Part shown: piece after piece, positions 39,101-47,767 of the stretch
How positions within the stretch are numbered: position 1 is the stretch's first letter
Layout of the letters: each line of letters starts with the position of its first letter
Assembly: GCA_018268995.1 (NCBI GenBank)
Contig: JAFDVL010000046.1
Span: forward strand, 117,715 to 181,714
Length of the DNA: 64,000 bases
DNA from: Acidobacteriota bacterium
GTDB taxonomy: Bacteria; Acidobacteriota; Blastocatellia; RBC074
Direction of reading: 5' to 3'
Translations under genes and position numbers: made by a program
Notes under the pieces: generated by a model
What the model saw: the letters and a program-made list of their open reading frames with translations, nothing else
The model's database searches: none
What the model was told of the DNA's origin: nothing

Positions 39101-42100
39101 TGCGCTGACCTGTTCCGCCGAAAAGCCATTGACCGGTTCCGCACCCGCGCCAATTAAGGGCGAACGTAATTTCTCGGCTTCTTCGCGACTGATGTTGCGC
39201 GCATTTGCAATCGTTGCGATGCAATCATTGGCCTCGCCTTTTTTGCTGGCTGTGCGTTGGCAAACCGGAGCTGAAGCGGAGCTTGGCTGGTTGGTCGGTC
39301 GTGATTCAGAGGGGGTTGCCGATGGCTTTGGATTATCAGCTTCAGCGTTGCTGATTTGATTGGCCGACCGCAGCAACCGCCCGGCAGAAATTTGCAATCC
39401 GACTTGTCCGCTCATCGCCGGATTACCCCACGCGTCATACGCTCTGACACGAACCATCGTTGCGTCGCGTCCGCCTGATTGAATTTCTTTTTTGTCAGTG
39501 ACGATTTCCAATCGTGAAGCCGGGCCGCGTCCCATCACGGTTAAGTTGACGGCTTCACCCGGCGCACCATCGGGCGAGAGCGCGATGACTTTCAATTGAT
39601 TCGGGCCGGGCTTGAGATTGATGCCGACAAAGACGAAGGTCGCAACTTTGTTTTTGCGATCAATTTCTTTGACGCCGATGTTTGTTTCAGGAATGCGTTG
39701 GCCGCCGATTTCCAGCGCGACGCTGTAATCCATATGGACGCGCGCTTCAACACGCAACGCGGTTTCCATCACCACTTCGTTTGCTTCAGGCGACAGCACT
39801 TCGATTTTGCCCGGCTCGACAGGCTTGATGTTTTCCGTTGATGTTTCGTTGTAAGTGCCAGGTGCCTTGTGGCCGTTCTTGCCAACGTTCATGGCCGCGA
39901 CGCCCGCGCGTGTTTTCGGTTCGCTGCGTTTATTCAGAATGCGGTCAAACGCGCCGCCGAGGACAGAATCATCTTTAGTTGTTGTTCCTTTGCCTGTGCG
40001 CACTGATTCTGCGCCTGCCTCTTCGCCTCTCGCTTCATTGGCTGCTTTGTTGGTTGCCCAGATTGAGGCGAGCGATCCAGTAGCTGATGTCGCAGGTGTC
40101 GCACTGGAAATGCTGGTTTCGACTGCGCCGACATCGGTCACAGTTTCGGTAATGGGATTGATGTTTTTTTCCAGCGCGAAATTGACACGATTCAATCCGC
40201 CTCCGCCCAGCGGCGTGCGTACCAGGCGCGTCCAACTGCGCCCGGATTTTTGTCGGTTGTCCATCAGACTGTAGCCGCGTGGCACGGTGATTGGATCGAG
40301 CGAAACCACGGCTGCGCCTTCTTCAACAGAAGGGAAGTTATACAGCCCGTGCGAATCGGTGATGACCGACATACCGTTGTTCAGGTAAACGCGAGCGCCC
40401 GTCACCGCCCGATCACAGGCTTCAAATAAGCCGTTGCCGTTCGTGTCTTCAAATACGCGCCCGATGATGATTTGCCGCATCGAAAACGCGCCCAATCCAA
40501 CTAACACAGGCGCTTTGGCGGGTTGCGTGCGAATCGGATCGCCGTTTGGATATTTGGCTTCAGCATAGGCCAGATTGACTTGCTCGCCCTCTTTGGCGTT
40601 CGCCCCAACGCGCAGGCGATAAGTAACTGTGACGCGTGCGCCCGCAGGCAAATCGCCGACTTTGAAGGTCAGACGATTGTTGGCAATGGTTGGCTCAACG
40701 CTCAGAATCGCGCCGTCAATTTGAATGCGCGCGGTGCCAGGCACATACAAAAACGATTGCGGCACTGTGTCTACCAGCACAACATCCGTGAACTTCGTTG
40801 CCGTTGCGTTGTGTGCTTCCAGCCGATACGAAACTGTGTCGCCGATTTCTGTGCGTTGCTTGTCGGCAACTTTGGTTAGTTGCAGCGTGGCAGTCTCGAA
40901 CATCGGAATGTTCATGACCAGCGCAGAGATGTCCGTCAGCGTCACGCCCGAAGTGGTGAGTGCAAAGCTGCCTGCCTGCGCAATTGGTTGCCCGTCCAAA
41001 CTGCGCACATCTACTTTGAAAAGCCCTCCGGCTGTGGGTTCGATCTTAATTTCGAGCACACGTTCCCGATAACCCTGTGCTGCGACGTGAATGTAATACG
41101 TGACAGGAGCGCCGGGAGCGCCAACCTGATTGGGCGCAAAGGCGAAAGCGAAATGTCCCTGCCCATCAGACAGGAATGGATTGTCGTTTTTATCGTTTGG
41201 CGAAAACCCTCCCGTCGGCATTTGTAAAGGCGCTTTGCCTTGCGGATCGGTTGAGACCAGCACCGTGGCCCCGGAAATCAAAATGCTGCCGTTGCTGTAG
41301 CCCGCGTAAACCGTGCCTTCAGGATTGATGACAACGACGGTTCGCGCGGTTCTGATGGCTGTGCCGATGTTGTCACCCGCGACCTGTGCGGTGTTGATGA
41401 CGCCAACGCCGGGTTTGACGTTGCTGTTCAGCCGAGCCTGAAATGCGACGCTGACAATCTGATTGACCGCGACGCTGGCCAATTTGACTTCCAGGCGGCG
41501 ACTGTTGATGACGTGTGCAATGTCGCCATCAATCGCGTCGGTCAGGGAGACATCACCGATCTTCATTGTGCCGGGCATGTAATCCAGCTCCGGCGGCAAA
41601 TCATCCGTCAGCAAAACGTTAATTGCAGGGGTCGTACCACTGTTCCGAAAATTGATGCTGTAGTTAAGAATGGCACCTGCGGTCGAAGTGATGTGATCTT
41701 TGTTCTCGACGTATTTGACGGGCGGCAGCGCGGGATTGGTGGGGTCGGTAACTTTCGTCCCTTCTCCGCCTTTATTGATGTTTGTGCCCGTGTCAGTTTT
41801 GTTGTTATCAACTTTTGACTTGGCGGTCAGGCCAATGGTGATGACTTCATCCAGCTTGATTGCACCTGTGTCAACGATGACAAGAATGCCCAGACACGCG
41901 CCGGGTTGCATCGTTGGCGTCAGCGTTGAATTCAATGAAACCTGTGTATCGCCTGCGGTGAGTGTGCCGCTGCCGTCAATATCCCAGTAAAGCGCGGAGA
42001 TGGTCGAAGGCGGTGTGATGGTTGTTTGTGTCAGCGAATATTGATCGGCCACGTTGCCCGTATTGCAAACGCGAAACAGGCGAGTGACCTGTTCGTTGGG

Positions 42101-42340
42101 CACCATGATCCCGGTGGGTTGCGTGTCATCCGGCGTAACGCTGAGGCTGACGACGGCAATCACCGTCAGGCTGACGGGATTGGAAGAAACCTGATGATCA
42201 TTGCCGCCAGGATCGCTGTAGGTTGCGTGTGCCTGATTGGTAATGACTACGCCTCCTGTTCCGCTGCTTTGTGCCCAGGCTGAGGACGCACAAAACAGCA
42301 GGACGGCGAATAGAATTAGCCATGAATTATGCTTGGTCAT
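36143..42340 (-). CDS. Giant (2065 aa) outer-membrane protein: signal peptide, N-terminal DUF11 and SdrD-B/CnaB-like domains, and a C-terminal ~900-aa predicted beta-barrel
   Basis: N-terminus MTKHNSWLILFAVLLFCASSAWAQ, then ITNQAHATYSDPGG...SLTVIAVVSLSVTPDD (a DUF11 start motif) and GRVFEDTNGNGLFEACD (an SdrD B-like motif). The C-terminal half has alternating hydrophobic amphipathic strands rich in Y, R and G (RVGFTDERNRTANF, RFSLGYDYRTF, MSGRYQINNGINGTDSFAVIGLL, LAIDGLYQPLRRVELYGRYALKF, IGTELGFWALSDLRLAGGYNF), typical of outer-membrane beta-barrels. Confidence 0.75.
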   Translation of the reverse strand: MTKHNSWLILFAVLLFCASSAWAQSSGTGGVVITNQAHATYSDPGGNDHQVSSNPVSLTVIAVVSLSVTPDDTQPTGIMVPNEQVTRLFRVCNTGNVADQYSLTQTTITPPSTISALYWDIDGSGTLTAGDTQVSLNSTLTPTMQPGACLGILVIVDTGAIKLDEVITIGLTAKSKVDNNKTDTGTNINKGGEGTKVTDPTNPALPPVKYVENKDHITSTAGAILNYSINFRNSGTTPAINVLLTDDLPPELDYMPGTMKIGDVSLTDAIDGDIAHVINSRRLEVKLASVAVNQIVSVAFQARLNSNVKPGVGVINTAQVAGDNIGTAIRTARTVVVINPEGTVYAGYSNGSILISGATVLVSTDPQGKAPLQMPTGGFSPNDKNDNPFLSDGQGHFAFAFAPNQVGAPGAPVTYYIHVAAQGYRERVLEIKIEPTAGGLFKVDVRSLDGQPIAQAGSFALTTSGVTLTDISALVMNIPMFETATLQLTKVADKQRTEIGDTVSYRLEAHNATATKFTDVVLVDTVPQSFLYVPGTARIQIDGAILSVEPTIANNRLTFKVGDLPAGARVTVTYRLRVGANAKEGEQVNLAYAEAKYPNGDPIRTQPAKAPVLVGLGAFSMRQIIIGRVFEDTNGNGLFEACDRAVTGARVYLNNGMSVITDSHGLYNFPSVEEGAAVVSLDPITVPRGYSLMDNRQKSGRSWTRLVRTPLGGGGLNRVNFALEKNINPITETVTDVGAVETSISSATPATSATGSLASIWATNKAANEARGEEAGAESVRTGKGTTTKDDSVLGGAFDRILNKRSEPKTRAGVAAMNVGKNGHKAPGTYNETSTENIKPVEPGKIEVLSPEANEVVMETALRVEARVHMDYSVALEIGGQRIPETNIGVKEIDRKNKVATFVFVGINLKPGPNQLKVIALSPDGAPGEAVNLTVMGRGPASRLEIVTDKKEIQSGGRDATMVRVRAYDAWGNPAMSGQVGLQISAGRLLRSANQISNAEADNPKPSATPSESRPTNQPSSASAPVCQRTASKKGEANDCIATIANARNISREEAEKLRSPLIGAGAEPVNGFSAEQVSAAYRQQILSLDNGEATIELIGEGQPGNAEIRAFSGDLQAKGLIRITPEQRPQILVGLAEASFGKAAPDIAASGSDKNYRHHTEFYFRGPLPMTSQLTLAYNSFRPLTRTAGRDRTFFLDPLDRVYPIFGDSSTRFEDAQSNSKLYARIDRGRSYAMFGDFDASQQEYINNSYTPTAVTNLAENLASAGIGNSILNNFNSIPVFADQGPQLTGYNRRLTGVKVHLETAGGSSLTLSGARPDTSFSRDVFPGSTLGLIRLSHTDILQGTETIVREVRDRRNPDIILQREVLVRSVDYNLDPYLGSIYFMRPISTFDYALNLVQIVATYEYRAVGMNSAVYTGRGSKNFNSAGLRIGTSFIDQRQETFGSFYLGGVDVEKKIGKSGSLQLEWGMSNGRVASSGSYFGFDGLAGSLNSSNGEHNGHAYRAEYRQPLSFREAQLQASFARSDRSFFNPFGTTITPGSQRGSVALDLKPIGSAQMRVGFTDERNRTANFNNSRRTGSIGWIQSYGDKLRFSLGYDYRTFKDEAGSALANNANANADATGTATTPPTATASQFAGREVTSNLITAGAEYRPNDKISVAVKREQNLGDSDPTYPDQTTVAASYQVNSLAKIFFTQRLASQAITAISDVSSFGFAETASRRETAVGVESPLNKYTTMSGRYQINNGINGTDSFAVIGLLNRFPINKVLSLDAGYERGLHLRGNGKSFNNAMFGFNYNPTDSFRSAARYELRDLYGFGNIFTVGAAGKLSESWTSLGRVQYSRTAFQNQASNVMMNGQLALAWRPLESDKTALLLSYNFRSIEQGARQGFQPLLDRDTVLAIDGLYQPLRRVELYGRYALKFNRTGRDGLPVVGTITSLMQGRAEWRFAQYFDLAGEIRALWLSGTGSRRTSIGTELGFWALSDLRLAGGYNFTQMKESPGYFGGFSNLNSNVNTRKGFYFVVSSKLSNMFNLFGTAPDGLVGHESNLPNEIKASPAKTTSNNQQE

Positions 42341-42437
42341 TTCCCGTATTCCGTTTTCTATGTATTCATTTTTCAGTTGGCACTGTGGCAGCCCTGACTG
42401 CCACAGTTACCAATGACCAATGACCAATGACCAAAAG

Positions 42438-43958
42438 TTATTGTTTGATTTTGCGCTTGAAGCGAAACGTGCCGGATTGCCCACCAGCTAATGTACCAAC
42501 AGTGTCCACGTATTTGCTGTTGGCCACGCCACCCGTGCTATTGCTGATGGTGATGGTGCCGCCGCGCGAATCAGATTCAGTGCTGGCGACGCGATCCGTC
42601 GTGGTGGACCAGTTGTTGGGCGAAACATCGCCATCTTCTGTGATGACGACCAGCAACGCGTCCAAATCCACATTGCCCGTTCCCGTCGGAGCATTGGCGA
42701 TATTGTCGTAGGCAATGACATATTCAATATCTGCTCCTGGCACTGCATCCGTCGCCCCACCCACGCCTGTCGCATTTGTCACAGTCGCGGTCTTTACCAA
42801 TCGCAGATAGCCCGTGTAAATGCGGTCAATCGTATTATTGGTTTGTGTGGGATCAGAAACAGAGACGGCTTGGATGATAGTTTCGTAGGCCGTTAATGCG
42901 GTTGCTCCGCCCGGCAAAGTGATACGTACTTTGTAGTTGGAGTTCGCACCCGACGCGACCGATGCTGTGGTGACTTCCGGTGTACCACTGGGGGAGCCGT
43001 TCGTGATGACCTCAGTCCAAACCGTGCCGCCATCAATACTGATTTCGACTTTGGAACCTGCGGGCGCACCGCTGGTGGCGACTTTCAGCTTGAACGTGTC
43101 TGCTCCGTTTCCGCCGTTTTTGAAGGTGTTGTCGAATATGACGGGCGTGTTCGTTGTCGCGGCGGTGACGGCTTTATTTGTGTAGTCCGTGTTGGTGCTT
43201 GGGCCTGGGCCGACGGCATCAGGCTGGCCACTGGGGCCATTCGTGACGGTTGCCACGTTGCTCACGGTCATTGTGATGTCACCTTTGGCTTCACGTTCGC
43301 CATTCACGGCGGTGATGCTGCCTGGATGTTTAGTATGAACTTCGTGCGTCGAATTGTTGGCGCTTTGGTTGTCATACGGGGAACTGCCTGTGGTGTCACC
43401 TAACTCGACCTTAATCGTTTGACCCGCAGATGCCGCTCCGCTGACGGTGACTTTCACGACGACCGCAACAGCGCCGCTTTGTGCCAGCGAATGCGTGGCG
43501 GCAGCTCCGTTGCCCTGAATGTCAACGTCCGTGCCAGCATCATAATTTCCATTGCCGTTCACATCCACGAACGCCTGCGAAACCGTGCCCGGCCCGGTGA
43601 CCTGAATGCTTGCGCCGCTGGCCAAAAACTCTACATTGTCGGTGAAGTTGCCAAGGTTCGTGACCGTGAAGGTATACGTTGCCGTCGAACCCGGCGCAAC
43701 AGTTGTCGCAGGGGTGCTTCCGTCAGGCGTGATTTGCAATCCTGCCACATAAGAAACGGTAGTTGTCACTTCATTTGAAGTGGCGCTGTATTTGGTCGGA
43801 TTGGATGGATCATCCGTATAGGAGGCGGATGCCTGGTTGCGGATTACGGTTCCGCCTGCGGTGGCCTGCGCATAAGCACTGCCAGTCAATGCAACGAGGG
43901 CAACTGTGCCCAACAGCACCTTGCCCCAGAGGTCATGTTTCCTCGTCATCTTCATCAT
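42438..43958 (-). CDS. Secreted DUF11 repeat protein
   Basis: Start taken at the ATG at 43958 or 43955, preceded by AGGAG (MMKMTRKHDLWGKVLLGTVALVALTGSAYAQA, a signal peptide). The sequence TVIRNQASASYTDDPSNPTKYSATSNEVTTTVSYVAGLQITPDG has the same N-terminal motif as the giant protein. Further DUF11-like units follow (TATYTFTVTNLGNFTDNVEF). Confidence 0.7.
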   Translation of the reverse strand: MMKMTRKHDLWGKVLLGTVALVALTGSAYAQATAGGTVIRNQASASYTDDPSNPTKYSATSNEVTTTVSYVAGLQITPDGSTPATTVAPGSTATYTFTVTNLGNFTDNVEFLASGASIQVTGPGTVSQAFVDVNGNGNYDAGTDVDIQGNGAAATHSLAQSGAVAVVVKVTVSGAASAGQTIKVELGDTTGSSPYDNQSANNSTHEVHTKHPGSITAVNGEREAKGDITMTVSNVATVTNGPSGQPDAVGPGPSTNTDYTNKAVTAATTNTPVIFDNTFKNGGNGADTFKLKVATSGAPAGSKVEISIDGGTVWTEVITNGSPSGTPEVTTASVASGANSNYKVRITLPGGATALTAYETIIQAVSVSDPTQTNNTIDRIYTGYLRLVKTATVTNATGVGGATDAVPGADIEYVIAYDNIANAPTGTGNVDLDALLVVITEDGDVSPNNWSTTTDRVASTESDSRGGTITISNSTGGVANSKYVDTVGTLAGGQSGTFRFKRKIKQ

Positions 43959-44076
43959 TTGCTCCTGATAGGTTTTTGATTGGGCTCTGGCCGTTGATAA
44001 CGCAGGCAGATTGAGTGGAGCTGCCAAACACCCGGTTCCAACGAGAAAATCCAATGAATATGAAAGCTTGTCTTGA

Positions 44077-44574
44077 TTATTTCACGCGGACTTTATACAT
44101 CGCGGAAACTTGTTTTCCTTCGTTTAGCGGATCATTCCATTCGTAGCGAATATGGGTGTACATCGTCGCTGGCGCAGGCACTTGACGATAAGAACCGTCG
44201 GGCTGCTTTTGTTCAATCGTGGGTTTGGTCGAATACGTCTTTCCCTGATCAATGCTGAAGAAAATCGTTGCATTCCCGCCTGCTTTTGCACTGCCACCCA
44301 CATACGCTGTTCCCTGCGGGATTTCGCCGACAGTTTTGTAATTATGCGCCGGAGCATTTCCGGCATTGTGTGACAGGATCGTCCAGTTCAGGACTTCGCC
44401 TGGATTGAGCAGGCCAGCTTTATCAATCTCAATCGCCTGATTTTCGCGCTCGACCGTACCTGTCAGCACGACTTTGACTTCAGGCCGGACGGCCCACATG
44501 GCGAAAACGCTGCTGGTGATAACCACGGCGGCCAGAGAGCTAAGAATCAGGGCGCGATGTTTGTTAAGTTTCAT
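44077..44574 (-). CDS. Small signal-anchored single-domain DUF11-like protein, first gene of the cluster
   Basis: Start taken at the ATG at 44574 (MKLNKHRALILSSLAAVVITSSVFAMWA). The segment GEVLNWTILSHNAGNAPAHNYKTVGEIPQGTAYVGGS has the DUF11 pattern (..Y.I.V.N.G.A.A.N....D.LP.G...V..S). Confidence 0.55.
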   Translation of the reverse strand: MKLNKHRALILSSLAAVVITSSVFAMWAVRPEVKVVLTGTVERENQAIEIDKAGLLNPGEVLNWTILSHNAGNAPAHNYKTVGEIPQGTAYVGGSAKAGGNATIFFSIDQGKTYSTKPTIEQKQPDGSYRQVPAPATMYTHIRYEWNDPLNEGKQVSAMYKVRVK

Positions 44575-44882
44575 ACGGGTTTTTCCTTTGGTTGAAATGC
44601 AGGGGCAGGAAGTCACTTGCCGGCTTGGACTGAGGCCAGCATGGTCACAAGGACAATTTCTGTGCCAGTTTTGTCATTGCTTTGCAATCATTCGATAACT
44701 TGCAAGATGACTGAATTTAGACGCGCTTTCACAACAATGATGAAACTGACAGATTGACAAAAACTGACAAGCTTGACTGACAAATTTGGGCAAATTGTGG
44801 CGAGCATCAATCAGGTTGGAGTGTACGGCAGCCGCGAATCCATCTATAATCAGCGCTTATATTGTTCCCCCTGAGAATGCTT

Positions 44883-45539
44883 ATGCCAAAAGCGAATGGG
44901 ATGAAAGTGCTGATTTCATTATTACTTTTGCTGACAACGACAATTGCCGCATCAGCCTCAGAATTAGATCAACTAATTACTGGATTACAGGCAAAATATC
45001 AGCGGCTCAATACTTTGACGGCGGATTTTACGCAAATCTACAACGCGCCGGGCGAACGCACGCGCCGCGAAAGTGGCCAAATGCAACTCAAAAAGCCGGG
45101 CAAAATGCGTTGGGATTATGCCTCGCCAGAATCCAAACTGTATGTTTCGGATGGCAAAACCATCTATGAATACATCCCGGCTGAACGGAGCGCGACACGC
45201 ACCAGCGCCAAGGAAACTGATGATTGGCGTGCGCCTTTTATGTTTTTGCTGGGACGCGGCAATTTGCGCCGTGATTTTGCGCGCATCGAATTTGCCAATG
45301 AATCCCCGGTGCGGGCCGGAAATCGCGTGCTGCGCATGATTCCGAAACGAAGCTCAGACATTCGAGAATTGCTGATTGAAGTTGAGCCAAAATCTTTGGG
45401 GCTGGCGCGCTTGTCACTGATCAAACAGGGTAATGCCAGAATTGATTTTCTGCTGAATAATATGCAGGAAAATGCTGTCATTGCCGATACAGCGTTTGTC
45501 TTCAAACCGCCCGCAGGCGTTAGTGTGCGGCAGCAATAA
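44883..45539 (+). CDS. lolA: Outer-membrane lipoprotein carrier protein LolA-like
   Basis: Signal peptide MPKANGMKVLISLLLLLTTTIAASA, then LTADFTQIYNAPGERTRRESGQMQLKKPGKMRWDYASPESKLYVSDGKTIYEY, a LolA-family signature. The start is ambiguous (44862, 44883 or 44901). Confidence 0.7.
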   Translation: MPKANGMKVLISLLLLLTTTIAASASELDQLITGLQAKYQRLNTLTADFTQIYNAPGERTRRESGQMQLKKPGKMRWDYASPESKLYVSDGKTIYEYIPAERSATRTSAKETDDWRAPFMFLLGRGNLRRDFARIEFANESPVRAGNRVLRMIPKRSSDIRELLIEVEPKSLGLARLSLIKQGNARIDFLLNNMQENAVIADTAFVFKPPAGVSVRQQ

Positions 45540-45566
45540 TTTCAAATTTCAAATCCACCAGAGGAG

Positions 45567-46235
45567 ATGGTTATTTCTAAGCTTCATATTTTTTCTGATT
45601 TTGACGGCACGATTACGGATACAGATTCATTAGTTTTCTTAACCAGAGAGCTTGGCGGCGGGCCGGAATTACTGGCTCAGGTTGGAGAACAATTGCGCGC
45701 CAATAAAATGACCTTACGCGAAGGCATTGCGACAGAAATGGCAACAATTCGGACTTCGTTCAGCGAAGCCGAAGCCCTTTTACGCGCCAGCATCAAAGTT
45801 GATCCTGACTTCAACGTATTTGTGCAATGGTGCAAGATGCAGAAGATTCCCTTGACCGTGCTGAGCGCAGGCTTTCACGAAATCATTGAGATGTTCATTC
45901 CCGCTACGGAATTTCCTTCGCTTGAAATTTTGGCGAGCCGGATTGAACCACGCGAAACGGGCTGGCAATGCAACTTCCGCGATGATTCGGATTACGGCAA
46001 TGACAAAGCCCGTGCGATTGAAGCAGCGCGTGCCGCAGGCTTTCATACGATTTTCATTGGTGATGGATTGTCAGATCGCGCTTCGGCAGAAGTCGCGGAT
46101 GAAGTCTTTGCCAAGCGTTATCTGGCTGAGTATTGTCGCGCGCGCGGCATCTCTGCCCGCGAATTTCAAACGTTTGCAGACATCCTGACTCACTTTCAGA
46201 TTTCCAATCTCAAATTTCAAATTGTAAATCCATGA
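45567..46235 (+). CDS. HAD-IB family phosphatase (phosphoserine phosphatase/MtnX-like)
   Basis: HAD motif I is present at the N-terminus (FSDFDGTIT). The protein also has motif III/IV (IFIGDGLSD). An RBS GAGGAG precedes the ATG. Confidence 0.75.
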   Translation: MVISKLHIFSDFDGTITDTDSLVFLTRELGGGPELLAQVGEQLRANKMTLREGIATEMATIRTSFSEAEALLRASIKVDPDFNVFVQWCKMQKIPLTVLSAGFHEIIEMFIPATEFPSLEILASRIEPRETGWQCNFRDDSDYGNDKARAIEAARAAGFHTIFIGDGLSDRASAEVADEVFAKRYLAEYCRARGISAREFQTFADILTHFQISNLKFQIVNP

Positions 46236-46960
46236 ACTTAGTCGTTAGCTCACTCACCGAACAACGCGAACTTGAAGAACGACGCGCTGAATTAAAAGCG
46301 CTGGAAGATGCGCTGGCCGAACGCGAAACCGAATTGGCGTTGCTGCAATCCAGCGTGCGCGAGTTTGAGTTGAATTATCTCGAAGCGGTCGGACAGAAGT
46401 TTGATGAACTTGCCGAAATCGAAAAACAAATTGCGATCACTTTGGGACAGCAAATGGCTGACGAAGATTACACGATCAGCAACGAACTGGAATGCGGCCA
46501 AACCAAGTTCCACGCGTCTGAAAACCTGAAAAAGCTGTATCGCGAAGTTGCCCGCCTCTGTCATCCAGATTTGGCTGGCAATGAACAGGAGCGCGAATAT
46601 CGCCACAAACTGATGATTGCCGCCAATCAGGCCTATGAATCAGGTGCAGAAGATCGCTTGCAGGCGTTGCTTAGTTCGGAAACAAGTTTTGTGGAGCTGA
46701 CAAGGCAAAGCAATTCGGCTTTGGACTTGGTGCATATGTTGCGCGCCATCAGTACCACGCAGGAACGGTTGATTGAAACCAAAGCAGAAATTGAACGCGT
46801 AAAGCACTCAGAGCTGTACCGTCTGAAATTGCGAGCGGATCGTGCAGAATCTGTTGGCCATAACTTCCTGTTGGATTTGATTAGTCAGGTCGAACGTCAA
46901 ATTCGCAAATCCAAAAATCGCCTGACGACGCTCCAGGCCGATCTGGCCGCACACCGATGA
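46232..46960 (+). CDS. Coiled-coil protein with an internal J domain (HPD motif)
   Basis: The ATG at 46232 overlaps the HAD stop (ATGA). The N-terminal coiled coil is E/L/A-rich. The J-domain signature is KKLYREVARLCHPDLAGNEQEREYRHKLMIAANQAYE. The stop overlaps the GrpB start (ATGA). Confidence 0.6.
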   Translation: MNLVVSSLTEQRELEERRAELKALEDALAERETELALLQSSVREFELNYLEAVGQKFDELAEIEKQIAITLGQQMADEDYTISNELECGQTKFHASENLKKLYREVARLCHPDLAGNEQEREYRHKLMIAANQAYESGAEDRLQALLSSETSFVELTRQSNSALDLVHMLRAISTTQERLIETKAEIERVKHSELYRLKLRADRAESVGHNFLLDLISQVERQIRKSKNRLTTLQADLAAHR

Positions 46961-47490
46961 AAGTCGAGATCGCTGAGTACAACCCTGATTGGCCTGCGAT
47001 CTTCGCACGGGAAAAAGCCGACTTGCTGCGGGCGCTCAGGCTTGATGGAGTTTGCATCGAACATTTCGGCAGCACTTCCGTTATTGGCTTGGCAGCAAAA
47101 CCGGTCATTGATGTGATCGTTGGATTGCCGGATTTTGCTCTGGCTGATGGCTTCGTACCCAACATCGAGGCTTTGGGTTACGACTACATCGCCAAATACA
47201 ACGCTGTCATGCCGTTCCGCCGCTTCTTCCAAAAAAGGCCAGACGGAATTGCCACACACAACCTTCACATGGTCGAAACGGGTTGCGAGTTTTGGGAACG
47301 TCATTTACTGTTTCGAGACTACTTGCGAAGCCATCCCGAAACCGCGATGGGTTACGCCGCACACAAGAAAGAATTGGCATTGCGCGAATGGCAGGATGTA
47401 AATGACTATGCGAACGCCAAAACTGAGTTTATTCAGGCGATAGATGCGCAAGCAAAGGTTTGGAAAGACCTGCAACATTACATACAATGA
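46957..47490 (+). CDS. GrpB-family (UPF0157) nucleotidyltransferase-fold protein
   Basis: 177 aa. Reads IEHFGSTSVIGLAAKPVIDVIVGL, the GrpB signature. Confidence 0.75.
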   Translation: MKVEIAEYNPDWPAIFAREKADLLRALRLDGVCIEHFGSTSVIGLAAKPVIDVIVGLPDFALADGFVPNIEALGYDYIAKYNAVMPFRRFFQKRPDGIATHNLHMVETGCEFWERHLLFRDYLRSHPETAMGYAAHKKELALREWQDVNDYANAKTEFIQAIDAQAKVWKDLQHYIQ

Positions 47491-47514
47491 GAGCTTAAAA
47501 GAAGGAGTTGTTTT

Positions 47515-47763
47515 ATGAGTGTAGTCTTAACTCCAACCAATCTTCCTCAGAAAACGGATCAGGGATGGATTATTGATATTCCACCTGATATGGCTGATGT
47601 AATGGGCGTTGCACATGGCTCAATCGGAGTTTTGTATCCGCGTAAGGGCGGGTTGAGTATTGAAGTTCTGCCACCGCCATTACCTGAATTAGTCTCATCT
47701 GTACTTGAGACTTGTGAGGAGTTCCGCGAAGCGTTTGAGGAAATGAAACGACTGGGAGACTAA
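47515..47763 (+). CDS. MazE/AbrB-fold (swapped-hairpin) antitoxin-like protein
   Basis: 82 aa. Reads GWIIDIPPDMADVMGVAHGSIGVLYPRKGGLSIEVLPP, a SpoVT/AbrB-like motif. An RBS AAGGAG precedes the ATG. It lies immediately upstream of the Doc-like ORF. Confidence 0.55.
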   Translation: MSVVLTPTNLPQKTDQGWIIDIPPDMADVMGVAHGSIGVLYPRKGGLSIEVLPPPLPELVSSVLETCEEFREAFEEMKRLGD

Positions 47764-47767
47764 ATAT

